Positions 10,651-19,957 of a stretch of DNA of 33,310 bases are shown piece after piece. Under the pieces are notes generated by a model. It had not been told where the DNA came from and made no database searches. It saw only the letters and a list, made by a program, of their open reading frames with translations. Position numbers and translations under genes: made by a program. The DNA is from Fibrobacterales bacterium. GTDB lineage: Bacteria; Fibrobacterota; Fibrobacteria; Fibrobacterales; JAOPTW01. The stretch covers positions 1-33,310 of the forward strand of contig JAOPTW010000024.1 in assembly GCA_051532035.1 (NCBI GenBank). Direction: 5' to 3'. The stretch's first letter is position 1. Each line of letters begins with the position of its first letter.

Positions 10651-11277
10651 CTACTTAGATGAATTATAACGCTCAAATTCCACACCAAGTATCTTTAGCT
10701 TATTTGAAAATGGAATTACAATTAGAGCAATAGTCGCTCCTAAAAGACTAACATCAATTGAATTCAACTCAAAACAGGTAAACTTATGGGCCAGAAATAC
10801 CATAAACACAATTGCCGCAAGTAAAAAACAAATTCTTTGAAACACATTTTGCGTAGTCCGCTTTAAATCAACTGTATCATTTATTTTTTTATTTATGCGA
10901 GATTGTTTTTGAAGGTTAAAATTTAATATATCAAGCGATTCTACTTCATTGCTAATCTCATTTTCTATAAGTTGAACTTTTTCTATATGAAAATATGGCA
11001 TTTCATTAGATGGAAAGACTAAATATGTAGGAATGTCCTTATCTTCCAGCTCTCCTAAAAAAGCTTTTAATTGCTTTTTACCAAACTCTATTGATCTAGA
11101 ATTTTTCTGTGATTTTATTTCAAATAGCTGTATTGGAAGACTACTTTTCAAATCTATAACAACTAGGTCTGCCCTATATTTACCAATCTTATATTCAATT
11201 GATAGACTTGACTCTGGATATCCATGTGATTTAAGATACCCAACAAGATTTAGTAGAACATCTTTTTCAAGTTCCAT
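10651..11277 (-). CDS. Type I restriction HsdR N-terminal-like nuclease domain with 2 C-terminal TM helices
   Basis: GYPESSLSIEYKIGKYRADLVVID...FEIKS; two hydrophobic C-terminal segments; first gene after the attI-like site at 11439. Confidence 0.72.
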   Translation of the reverse strand: MELEKDVLLNLVGYLKSHGYPESSLSIEYKIGKYRADLVVIDLKSSLPIQLFEIKSQKNSRSIEFGKKQLKAFLGELEDKDIPTYLVFPSNEMPYFHIEKVQLIENEISNEVESLDILNFNLQKQSRINKKINDTVDLKRTTQNVFQRICFLLAAIVFMVFLAHKFTCFELNSIDVSLLGATIALIVIPFSNKLKILGVEFERYNSSK

Positions 11278-11432
11278 AAGTAGCTTCCAATTAACTTCAT
11301 TATTTAATAGTAATAATTATTTACGACCACAGAACATTATTGCTTTTCAAAATAGCTTTATTTTAAATACTGAAAGTGATTTCCAATCAAATACATTGAT
11401 TGAATGATTGATTGATAGGCTAGAAACATTTA

Positions 11433-11486
11433 TACCAACTATTTGTGCCAGCAAAACTGCATACTTCTCCACCATTCAATAAAAAT
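11433..11486 (-). mobile_element. attI-like site copy 2 (downstream of the intact PLD gene)
   Basis: Minus strand GGAGAAGTATGCAGTTTTGCTGGCACAAATA|GTTGGTA; homology with the other copies ends at GTT. Confidence 0.72.
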
Positions 11487-11562
11487 CCCCAACATCACAA
11501 TAGCCCAAAAGTACTAGTCACCCACAACAGCCCCCCAAAACCACCACCCCATTCTACCCCAA

Positions 11563-11598
11563 AACAAAAAAAGCACCCATCCCGAAGGATGAGTGCTT
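11563..11598 (-). terminator. Rho-independent terminator of the PLD operon
   Basis: AAGCACTCATCC-TTCG-GGATGGGTGCTT + T-run on the minus strand. Confidence 0.8.
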
Positions 11599-11657
11599 AT
11601 GCATAGGACAGGAGAATGAAAAAATACTAAAAAAACATTATCCCTCCTTACAAAACC

Positions 11658-12698
11658 CTATGTATTAAACCGTTCAATCTCCCCACGACACGCAACAGCA
11701 ACCTCCCCCTGCCTCGCCCGTGCAACCGCATTATCCTCAAACACATCACCCACAATAACAATATTCTCATCGTTCGTTCTATTAGCAGGCTCCGTATAAT
11801 TAAACGATCCAAAGATAGTGACCGCATCATCAATAACCATAAGCTTGTGATGCAGCTTTCCAAGACCACCTTTGTTCCCTATAAGAGAAATAGAAATACC
11901 CGCCTCGGTGAGGTTATGAGTCGCTGCCCATTTTTGATTACCTTGAAGTCTATCGAGTACACCCGTTATCTGAACGCCTCGTTGCTGTGCTGCAATCAGT
12001 GCATCATCAATACCAGAACTTTGAGCAAAGGTAAAGACCGCAAAATCAATCCGCACCTGCGCCTTAAGAATCTGTTTCATAATCTCAAGCTCGGGTGTAT
12101 GATCTGGTGAGAAGAGTGCCCTAATACGAATCCTATCGACACTACTATTTACCGGAGAGACACTTTTCATAATACTCTCCCTGCCAAACCTACCTGATCG
12201 AATCTCATTAAACTCAATACGGAATTGATCTGAGATCGTCTTATTATGAATGACTATCACATGATTGAGGTTTTTAGTTACCCCGGTATCCGTAAAGTTC
12301 GTTGAACCCGTAAGTACTGAGTCTCCACAGATCATAAACTTCTGATGAAAGATGGCACTATTAAAATCAACCTTCACGTCGATGTCTGCTCTGCACAAGG
12401 CACTAAAGAGTTCTCTGTTTATCTCATGGCTTCCCGATGGTTCAAAAGGGGCTGCTTGTTTTCTTGAAGCAAGGAGGTAATTCTGCTCAAGAACTAAGTC
12501 AATGACTACTCCCCGACTGCGTGCCCGTATCAGAGCTTCGGTAATCTCTGTGTTATCAATCTCTTGAACGGCAACACAAAGGTTTTCTCTCGGCTTTGCA
12601 TCATCAATAAACCCGATGATTGGGTTTATTAATGAATCTGGGCCTCCCTGTTCTTTTGGACCTAAATACAGTTTAAAACTGCGTGCACTATAGCTCAT
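11658..12698 (-). CDS. Phospholipase D superfamily protein (two HKD motifs; nuclease/PLD-like)
   Basis: FHQKFMICGD..TGSTNFT and LHHKLMVIDD..FGSFNYT; start overlaps the upstream stop (TAATG). Confidence 0.92.
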   Translation of the reverse strand: MSYSARSFKLYLGPKEQGGPDSLINPIIGFIDDAKPRENLCVAVQEIDNTEITEALIRARSRGVVIDLVLEQNYLLASRKQAAPFEPSGSHEINRELFSALCRADIDVKVDFNSAIFHQKFMICGDSVLTGSTNFTDTGVTKNLNHVIVIHNKTISDQFRIEFNEIRSGRFGRESIMKSVSPVNSSVDRIRIRALFSPDHTPELEIMKQILKAQVRIDFAVFTFAQSSGIDDALIAAQQRGVQITGVLDRLQGNQKWAATHNLTEAGISISLIGNKGGLGKLHHKLMVIDDAVTIFGSFNYTEPANRTNDENIVIVGDVFEDNAVARARQGEVAVACRGEIERFNT

Positions 12699-13843
12699 TA
12701 GTAACGCTCCGCAATTTCAAGATACGGTGGTTGGCTTGCACCAAAGGTGAGGGATATTCCAATAAGCACACGAAAGATATCATCAACCATCCGTACATTA
12801 TAGAGGTCTTGCCCTTTCTCTGCCTTTACAAACAAACCAAGGCCCGAAGGATAGGTAAAGCTCCCAAAGAGTGAAACATTATAGGGAGTAATCTCTGAAT
12901 GATTCGAAGGCAAGTACTGAGCCGAGACCCCGTACCGTAGTTGCGTCATCTCATTAAACATCATAAGGTAGTGATGCCCTGCGAGCTCAAGCAAATATCT
13001 GTTCATAGAGTAAAACTCTGTATCCAGCGTATTAAACCCTGCAATGGTAAACCCAAAGAGCCTATTGATATATCGAGTATACCCAAGAGTCACCTCAAAG
13101 GCGTCTTCTACCATCCCGGTGCCCTCATGGAACCCCAATACCTTCATGAACTTTAATCTGCCCCGTACAAAATTTGTTGAGAACTCTCCACTCCTTCTAT
13201 TCAGTTGATCACTCAGATTCATTGTCTCTAAATTATCGTACAGAGTACTACAGGTTGAGTCTGCATCTTCGGAACCCCCAAAGGTGCACCCTGCTTGACC
13301 ATTAGAATAATGCCCATGTTCGACCACTGGAGTAATAAAACTATTGATACTACTCACGTATCGTGTAGGAGCATAAGAAACAAACGCCCTATAACTCGGC
13401 ATAGTAACCGGCATTGAATTTTTATACAGCATCCGAATATGGGGATCAAAAACAATTGATGCTCTATGGTAGGTAGTGTCTTGATAGATCGTCGGTGATA
13501 GTTGATCTATAATTGGTATGTTCAGTATTGGCCGCGCCTCCATAACTACTTTCTCATTATAATCATTCCCCGTCGGAGTACTCCACCCTATAAATGGAGT
13601 CTCTTCGAGGGTTTGAAATTGAGAAAAGCCAGAACTTGAAAAAAGTAACACTACTATTACCATAACATACCATGCCCCATATAACTGTTTTGGCAAAGAA
13701 GGCGATACAGTGATATCTTCATCTGTACACTCTTCATCACAGAACGTTGAAGTGATAGTAATGTGTTTTCCTCTTTTACATTTTCTTAACGCTATGATAC
13801 TTGCATTGCCAGTGAGTAACGTATTTTCCATCATTACACTCAT
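12698..13843 (-). CDS. Outer-membrane phospholipase A (OMPLA/PldA)-like beta-barrel protein
   Basis: SMPVTMPSY and HGHYSNGQ (HxSNG catalytic motif), amphipathic beta-strands; signal peptide-like MVIVVLLFSSSGFS suggests the true start may be later. Confidence 0.65.
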   Translation of the reverse strand: MSVMMENTLLTGNASIIALRKCKRGKHITITSTFCDEECTDEDITVSPSLPKQLYGAWYVMVIVVLLFSSSGFSQFQTLEETPFIGWSTPTGNDYNEKVVMEARPILNIPIIDQLSPTIYQDTTYHRASIVFDPHIRMLYKNSMPVTMPSYRAFVSYAPTRYVSSINSFITPVVEHGHYSNGQAGCTFGGSEDADSTCSTLYDNLETMNLSDQLNRRSGEFSTNFVRGRLKFMKVLGFHEGTGMVEDAFEVTLGYTRYINRLFGFTIAGFNTLDTEFYSMNRYLLELAGHHYLMMFNEMTQLRYGVSAQYLPSNHSEITPYNVSLFGSFTYPSGLGLFVKAEKGQDLYNVRMVDDIFRVLIGISLTFGASQPPYLEIAERY

Positions 13844-14118
13844 AACACTGAACGGCCCGATTTCTCAAGGCGCTCATCGGCAGCATAGAACTCACTGCCG
13901 TGGGTATACCGAACTTTGAGAATAGAGAACTCATCTTCACTTTTACACAGTTCTTTAATTTTGCTAAAGTTACGGTTGCTGCATTTGGTGAGCCATACAC
14001 TCTCAGAGAGTGCGAGGTTCTTTTGAAAGAGTCCTGATTGTTCCATGGATTGCAGTTTGTCTAATGGACACTGAATCACGGTCAGGAAATCGAAGTTGTT
14101 TGGAATTGTTATATTCAT
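13840..14118 (-). CDS. Hypothetical protein (first gene of a 3-gene operon)
   Basis: 92-aa ORF with ATGA overlap to the next gene. Confidence 0.5.
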   Translation of the reverse strand: MNITIPNNFDFLTVIQCPLDKLQSMEQSGLFQKNLALSESVWLTKCSNRNFSKIKELCKSEDEFSILKVRYTHGSEFYAADERLEKSGRSVL

Positions 14119-14189
14119 AATTTCTCATCTAAGATAGTTGTCTGCGTAACGTCATTGGTTCTTGTCTAGTAAAACCAATAGTGAATAAC

Positions 14190-14224
14190 AAAAAGGGCAT
14201 GAAGTGAGTCTCCATTACCCTTTC
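14190..14224 (-). terminator. Possible terminator
   Basis: AAAAGGG...CCCTTT imperfect hairpin just after the stop of 14261..15196. Confidence 0.45.
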
Positions 14225-14260
14225 TGCTAAGGATAATGATATTCACTGTCACGGTAGATA

Positions 14261-15196
14261 CTATGCTACGTCAGATGCCTCCTCATCAAGTCCAGACTCT
14301 TTTTCAAAATCGGCTTCGCGCCCTTCTTCTTCAAAGTCTATCAGCTCTTCTATCTCTTCTAAACTAAGGTCCCCCTCAGCATTGTCTGCTTTTGTCTTTT
14401 TATTTTTCTGGCGTAAGTATTTGCTATAAAACAGGTCACGTGATTGTTTATCTTCTTCATATACCAGTCTGGCCCACTTGCGAACTAATTTGAGTGACAC
14501 ATACATCAATGTAAGAGCTTTATCTCTAAGAATGCGCGTTTCAGAAAACACATTACCATCCATAGAAGAGCTTTTATGGCGTCTTCCCAATGTAGACCCA
14601 AGCTCTAATGCTTTTTCAAGCTCGACTTCGGTTACCATCATCTCTGCGAGCTCAGGAATCATCTCTTTACCAATTCTACCAAGGTCAAAGAGATCTTGTA
14701 TGGTATCACTGATTCTGTTGCCCCCTGAGATTTTACTCACAATCGCCTTTTTTACTGGATCTTCATCACAAATAAATTTGATACGAGAGAGTAGCCGTTT
14801 TCTCAGTGCCTTTGCTTCTGCATAGAGCTCAGCCCAAGTTGGCCCAGTATCTTCGCCGGAATTGTGATTAATATTCATATTCGCTTGAGTAAAACGAGCT
14901 GATGCTATCCGTCTATAAAAAAGTTCCGCAATCGGATCCTTGAATCCTTCACCCTTAAATAATTCAAGATTACGCATCAGTACCTCATAATACCCTTCCA
15001 CCTCTTGGAGATAGATATCATTAGGTACTGGTGCCACATGATATTTTGTCATCACCGTATTTTTAATGAGCTCATAATCTTCATTGTAAATTGCTCCGTA
15101 GCTTTGAGACATAGTAGCTACTGGAGATTCAGTAGTAGTGTTAGTAGTTGTTGTTTTATTGTTTTTATTTTTAGACGTCATTATATAACGCTCCAT
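14261..15196 (-). CDS. Conserved hypothetical alpha-helical protein
   Basis: P..IYLQE, DTIQDL.DL...GKE and ILRDKA.T motifs recall a family of unknown function I remember from FCB and deltaproteobacterial genomes (recollection, not searched); acidic tail. Confidence 0.8.
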   Translation of the reverse strand: MERYIMTSKNKNNKTTTTNTTTESPVATMSQSYGAIYNEDYELIKNTVMTKYHVAPVPNDIYLQEVEGYYEVLMRNLELFKGEGFKDPIAELFYRRIASARFTQANMNINHNSGEDTGPTWAELYAEAKALRKRLLSRIKFICDEDPVKKAIVSKISGGNRISDTIQDLFDLGRIGKEMIPELAEMMVTEVELEKALELGSTLGRRHKSSSMDGNVFSETRILRDKALTLMYVSLKLVRKWARLVYEEDKQSRDLFYSKYLRQKNKKTKADNAEGDLSLEEIEELIDFEEEGREADFEKESGLDEEASDVA

Positions 15197-15559
15197 TAGG
15201 CTCTATAAGTAGAACCGCCCCTCTTGAGCCAAGAAAAAAGAGGACCAGTTATTCAATACAGATTAAACGCCTCAAAATCTTTTCATGTAACCCTACTGTT
15301 ACATTTTTTTATTTATTTTTTCATTTAGTCTTGAATTATTGCAAAACACTATTTGAGTTATTTGAATAATGAGCGAAACTTTATAGTATACCTATCAAAA
15401 ACCATCAAATTATTACACGTTCACTCCGTCGTACTTCACATATATTTGGAATAATTATTTTGTAGGCTCGGTTACTCCCCTGCAATTCCATAATAATTCC
15501 AGATCTATAGTGATAGTTTCCGCATTATGCAGTCCATCTTTTGATTAACCCAGAACATA

Positions 15560-15970
15560 AGCTGATTCATGCACTACAATTGAGATTCACGCTAAACACT
15601 TTCCCAAATATCTCAAAGACACCGGCACAATTCATTGCGTATAAGACATTATTCGTGTAGTGCTTTACATCTACGCCCTATAATATGACACAACTGCATT
15701 AGATTTGTTGATTCATGCGTTACCATTTTGATTTACGCTGTAGTCATAGGCCATTCACGAGTAACTCTTTTAGATTCACGCACTATTATTGACATTCATT
15801 CACTTAGTATTTTGATTCACGCACTGTAGCCCTGCACTATTCGTGGTATGTTACTGATTATTGCGGAATTATTAGGCTGTACGAGTGAAGTACTATGGAC
15901 TATTGCTTAATTGGTAGGCTCCATTTGTAAAGGGTTATGGACTATTGCAGAATTGATAGGCTTCACGCCT
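15560..15970. repeat. Degenerate ~21-bp periodic repeat (GATTCAYGC core)
   Basis: ATTCAYG-like cores at about 15565, 15585, 15711, 15731, 15753, 15774, 15794 and 15815; TATGGACTATTGC twice, 42 bp apart. Confidence 0.7.
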
Positions 15971-16273
15971 TAGGACAACCTTACCACGAGGGAAAGCTTA
16001 TGGATTCATTGGGAAAGTACATGTATACGGGGCATCAGCTGCGCTTCACGGCACTTATGCTCTACTATATGCCATCAGTGCTTGCTATTTGGTATAGTTA
16101 GGCAGGGACCGTTGCTGTCCGCAAAGGTATCAGGTACTACTATTTTGATTTGGGCTTGGGGTGTCAGTGACTATTGGGTATTGTGTGCCCTACCAGGCAT
16201 GAAGTAATAGGTGATATAGTGAATGGGTGTTGAACCCTGTGCGCTCTGTATTGGAATCTCCAGTGCTACCCCA

Positions 16274-16560
16274 CCCTCACCGGATCACTCGGGCAAAAGC
16301 CACTCCCATACAAAAACCCCAAGAACATGTCCCGAGCTGTACACAGAATCAGGCCTATCCAACTCTCTGCTCCTTCGACCAGATTCTTTATCATGATACC
16401 CCGTATAGCACATGCTATGCCCAGCATCGGCACGTTCCAGTGGTATTTCCTCTATATACTCCATAGAGCCGAGGACGTTGATTATTACATGAGGAAAGTC
16501 GTCCTTGAATGATGTGCTATAGTCCTTTATGACTGATGCATGGTAGGTGAAGCGGGTAAC
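16274..16560 (-). repeat. ~280-bp repeat copy A (begins at attC crossover GTT)
   Basis: Visibly high identity (roughly 90%) to the copies at 18767, 21257 and 29036. Confidence 0.95.
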
Positions 16561-16626
16561 GTTTGTGAAACGGCAGCAGTGAATTTCATCTATATGGAAA
16601 TTTATTGATGGCTTTTCGTGTTGTGT
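16554..16626 (-). mobile_element. attC-like site (family A)
   Basis: GGGTAAC-GTTTGTGAAACGGCAGCAGTGAATTTC..GGAAATTTATTGATGGCTTTTCGT-GTTGTGT; homologous to 3170 and 27917. Confidence 0.85.
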
Positions 16627-16909
16627 GAAGAATTAAATGAAGGCCCTTTGATAGGTAATAAATACAGCCAATTATTACATTTAGCTTTTCGTTCAGCTTC
16701 TTTTGCTTCACCCTCAAGGTCAGGTTGAATTGTATACCAATTAGTATTAAGAATATCGAAATACTTGTTAAAAAATATAGTTCAGAAAGGGCCCTCTATA
16801 TCGAAGATTTGGAGTTTTGGGTGCTTTTACCCAGTAGGTATCGTTTTAATTGCCGCTGATCAATAGGTTAATGTGTTGAATATTGTGCTGGACACTTTTT
16901 TGAATTTTC

Positions 16910-18343
16910 TTGGTATACTATTATGTAGTACTTGGTAAATCGGGGGAACTCATGAAAACTAGAAATTCACTAATAGCAGTAATGGCCTGTATAACTCTGT
17001 GCACACAGGCATGTATCTTTCCTACATCTAACGCGGAATCAGAAGGCACTCTATCGAGCAATATTTCATCCCATGATGGGAATGAATTGTCCAGTTCAAT
17101 AGCACAGGAAACAAATAATGTGTCACTTTCGGGTGTTTGGATTCGTGATGGTAGCGACGATACATTTCGTTTTAATCAAGGAAAGTATATTTACATTGAA
17201 GCTGATCCTGAACATGATTATCAGTGGATTGAATGGGGAGATTATTCAATTGAAAATGATAGTATTGTAATTTTACAGGCGAGTAATACATTGAATGAAT
17301 TTTGCAGTATAAATACCCGTAATAATTCAAGTAGTATAACGTTTAGAAATGGTATAGTTTCTATAGAAATGAATAGTGGCTTGGCCAGTACTTTTTCAAA
17401 AATATCGAACAGTACAACGGTTCCTGCAGTAGGGCCATATGGGATCTGCACCTCTATTGACACTTTATCTGATGACGAATCAGAAGGCACTCTATCGAGC
17501 AACTCTTCGTCAGTTCAAGCTATATCGACCGAGTGTCTCAATCAGCTTTCTGGCGAGTGGGATGAGTATGTAAATAATGAGCTGTCTAGGCAGTATGACA
17601 TTGAAAATGGTGAGTATTCTCTATATAACAACTGGCATTTTTCCCAAGATGGCACTATAGATTCTGCATGGGGTACCTTTTTAGTGCAAGGCGATTCCAT
17701 CTTCTTAGAAGAATCATTATCTCGTGAATATATGGGCGAAGACGTTGATACTTATACTACAGAAAACTATCCGCACTATATAAAAATATTTGAATGTAGT
17801 AATGGGTATATCAAGGGATACTTGATTGAAAATGACACTCTTTTTGAGGGGCGCATTATTGAATTTAAGAGGAGTAGTGAAACCTCCAATGTCTCATCCC
17901 AAGAAAATATCCCACTAATATATTCCAATATAGGGACATTTAACTGTTTAACTTCAGATATGATTCAAGAGGGTAATCAGGTTTATGATGTGTCTATGTG
18001 GGGTGTCGATAGCGCTATGATCTACCAAGAATACACCGATCTTGGGGAGCAATATGTTGATACCGATTATGGAGTATTTAGAAATGATTCCTTATACATA
18101 TACGCTTACAATTGGTCCGACAGGCCTGTAGACACATTGTACTATACATACTCTATGATTGCAGAAGATACACTAGAGCTTTCCATTAGGCCTATAAATT
18201 CAACAACCACGATTACTGTTTCGGTTGATTCAGAAGATGATTTGGTTGATTCAGAAGGTGATGGGTACGTTGAGGAGCTTACTGAATCTGATGAGGTGAT
18301 TAGCTTCAAGTGCCCCAAGAAAACGCCACCTGAAAATAATTAA
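16910..18343 (+). CDS. Cassette gene (inverted): lipoprotein with repeated beta-rich domains
   Basis: Probable start ATG 16952 after GGGGGA; lipobox TQAC; duplicated ESEGTLSSN; LSGVW/LSGEW repeats. Confidence 0.85.
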   Translation: MVYYYVVLGKSGELMKTRNSLIAVMACITLCTQACIFPTSNAESEGTLSSNISSHDGNELSSSIAQETNNVSLSGVWIRDGSDDTFRFNQGKYIYIEADPEHDYQWIEWGDYSIENDSIVILQASNTLNEFCSINTRNNSSSITFRNGIVSIEMNSGLASTFSKISNSTTVPAVGPYGICTSIDTLSDDESEGTLSSNSSSVQAISTECLNQLSGEWDEYVNNELSRQYDIENGEYSLYNNWHFSQDGTIDSAWGTFLVQGDSIFLEESLSREYMGEDVDTYTTENYPHYIKIFECSNGYIKGYLIENDTLFEGRIIEFKRSSETSNVSSQENIPLIYSNIGTFNCLTSDMIQEGNQVYDVSMWGVDSAMIYQEYTDLGEQYVDTDYGVFRNDSLYIYAYNWSDRPVDTLYYTYSMIAEDTLELSIRPINSTTTITVSVDSEDDLVDSEGDGYVEELTESDEVISFKCPKKTPPENN

Positions 18344-18539
18344 TTAACTCGGTACAAATAGCATATGGTAAATTTGCTATTATTTAAAATGGGACTATAG
18401 CAGAATTTGTAGGTGAGTTTAAAGAAAAAAGTTGAGCAATAGCAGTTGATTTGTATAGTTTTTTCGTCTAAAAAACAACTTACATACTGCTATGCTCATT
18501 AAAACTGTTTTTTGGCTGTATGTAGTCCTTTAATTCTTT

Positions 18540-18600
18540 ACACAACTAAAGAAGCACCCAATACTGCAACTTCTCTGATAAAAACACAGGTCCTGAACAC
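18540..18600 (-). mobile_element. attI-like site copy 3 (variant type)
   Basis: Minus strand AGAGAAGTTGCAGTATTGGGTGCTTCTTTA|GTTGTGTAAAGAATTAAA; downstream sequence is the inverted match of the R'' side at 16620. Confidence 0.7.
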
Positions 18601-18604
18601 GTCA

Positions 18605-18728
18605 TTGACCACTCCCTAAGAGCACACTGCAACCTCCCGCTCTCTCCAGTGCAATTGCATAACCCTCAAACACATCAGCTACAATGATAATAACTCATCG
18701 TTAGTCGATGAGCAGCCTCTGTATAATA
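18605..18728 (-). pseudogene. Degenerate PLD 3' fragment
   Basis: GCAACCTCCCGCT..GTGCAATTGCATAACCCTCAAACACATCA..ACAAT..CTCATCGTTAG..GTATAAT aligns to the PLD 3' end. Confidence 0.75.
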
Positions 18729-18766
18729 GCAACAATGCCTTCACACCAACACTCAGCTATTAACCC

Positions 18767-19054
18767 ACCCTTACCGGATCACTCAGGCAAAAGCCACTCC
18801 CATACAAAAACTTCAAGAACATGTCCAGAGGTGTACACCGAACCAGGCCTATCCAGCTCTCTGCCCCTTCGACCAGATTCTTTTTCATGATACTCCGTAT
18901 AGCACATACTATACCCGGCATCGGCACGCTCCAGTGGTATTTCCTCTATATACTCCATAGAGCCGAGGAAGTTGATTATTACATGAGGAAAGTCGTCCTT
19001 GAATGATGTGCTATAGTCCTTTATGACTGATGCATGATAGGTGAAGCAGGTAAC
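18767..19054 (-). repeat. ~280-bp repeat copy B
   Basis: Homology to the other copies ends at TAAC 19051-19054. Confidence 0.95.
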
Positions 19055-19138
19055 GAGTGTTTGGTATCCTTCGCAGAGGTCTTGTTTTTTCCACACCTTA
19101 TGCACAGAATGGATACTATAAGTAATAAATTTTTTCAT
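19055..19138 (-). pseudogene. Truncated, frameshifted lipoprotein cassette 5' end
   Basis: Removing one base after ATGAAAAAA gives MKKLLLIVSILCIRCGKNKTSAKDTKHS (signal peptide + Cys); lies ~55 bp after the attC crossover at 19193. Confidence 0.6.
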
Positions 19139-19186
19139 TCAAATAAAGTTGGTTTTTATCTGTATAACTCTAGACACCTTTTAAAG

Positions 19187-19265
19187 CTGTAACGTTTGGA
19201 CGAGTTGGCAGCGTTTTTGCACTTCAGTGTAAAGAAAAAAAGCCTGCGTGCCTCGGCTGTTGGTG
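19187..19265 (-). mobile_element. attC-like site
   Basis: CTGTAAC-GTTTGGACGAG..GCAGCG..TTTGCACT-TC-AGTGTAAA..CTGCG..CTCGGCT-GTTGGTG hairpin. Confidence 0.8.
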
Positions 19266-19390
19266 GTTCGTAGGAATGGGCATGCCTTGGCATAATGTCT
19301 ATTTGGGAGAAAATAAAATATTTTTGTATGAACGTAAGTAGGGATGCTGGTGTGAATATTTTAACAATTTGTTAATGATTATTAACTTAA

Positions 19391-19870
19391 CTACTCAAAT
19401 GTAAGATACCGAGATTCATAAAAAGAATCATGTACAAAGTGTAGAGAATCAGGTTGTTTTGAGTTACTCTGATTTAGTGATATACCTAATACAAATGGAG
19501 GGGTTATTGAATCGAAATTTATATTATTGTAATCTGTCGTAATTGTAAGCTCACCATTACCTGCTGGTAAAAAATCTGTTGCAATAGGCAAAATGGTTCC
19601 AATAAGGTTTACCAATTTTGATGTTCCAAGACTATCTCCAATTGTAATAGTAAAGTTGTGATTTGACAACCACGAATCACTTTCTTGAAAATAATAGCTT
19701 AGACTAATTCTGAGTGTATCTCCATTGTAAAACTGTTCAGCAGTAGATAAATTGATTGAAATAATTTCGAAGGATGGATCTTGGTCTTGTGTCTCCCTCA
19801 GGTCTTCAGATGTTTGATTTATAGAGCAACTTATTAACATTGTAAATAGTAAACAAATAATTTTTAGCAT
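19391..19870 (-). CDS. Cassette gene: hypothetical lipoprotein
   Basis: MLKIICLLFTMLISC lipobox; AGGAA RBS; lies between two attC sites. Confidence 0.85.
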   Translation of the reverse strand: MLKIICLLFTMLISCSINQTSEDLRETQDQDPSFEIISINLSTAEQFYNGDTLRISLSYYFQESDSWLSNHNFTITIGDSLGTSKLVNLIGTILPIATDFLPAGNGELTITTDYNNINFDSITPPFVLGISLNQSNSKQPDSLHFVHDSFYESRYLTFE

Positions 19871-19898
19871 AAAATATTTCCTAAATAATTTAATTTCA

Positions 19899-19957
19899 AT
19901 ATAACGTCTTGAATTGAGCGGATCACTTGTGATACGGTCTCTAATGAATTGTTATAT
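19899..19957 (-). mobile_element. Canonical 59-bp attC site
   Basis: Minus strand ATATAAC-AATTCATTAGAGACCG..ATCAC-AA-GTGAT..CGCTCAATTCAAGAC-GTTATAT; perfect R''/R' boxes, ends resemble aadA-type 59-be (TAACAATTCATT.../...AATTCAAGCGTTA); contains the upstream ORF's stop. Confidence 0.92.

Noticed and set aside
15560..15970. CRISPR array
   Set aside because: The period is ~21 bp with a degenerate 7-9 bp core; there is no repeat-spacer structure and no cas genes.
18779..19138. 119-aa ORF as an ordinary gene
   Set aside because: It straddles the repeat boundary, and its N-terminus is a frameshifted signal peptide (see findings).
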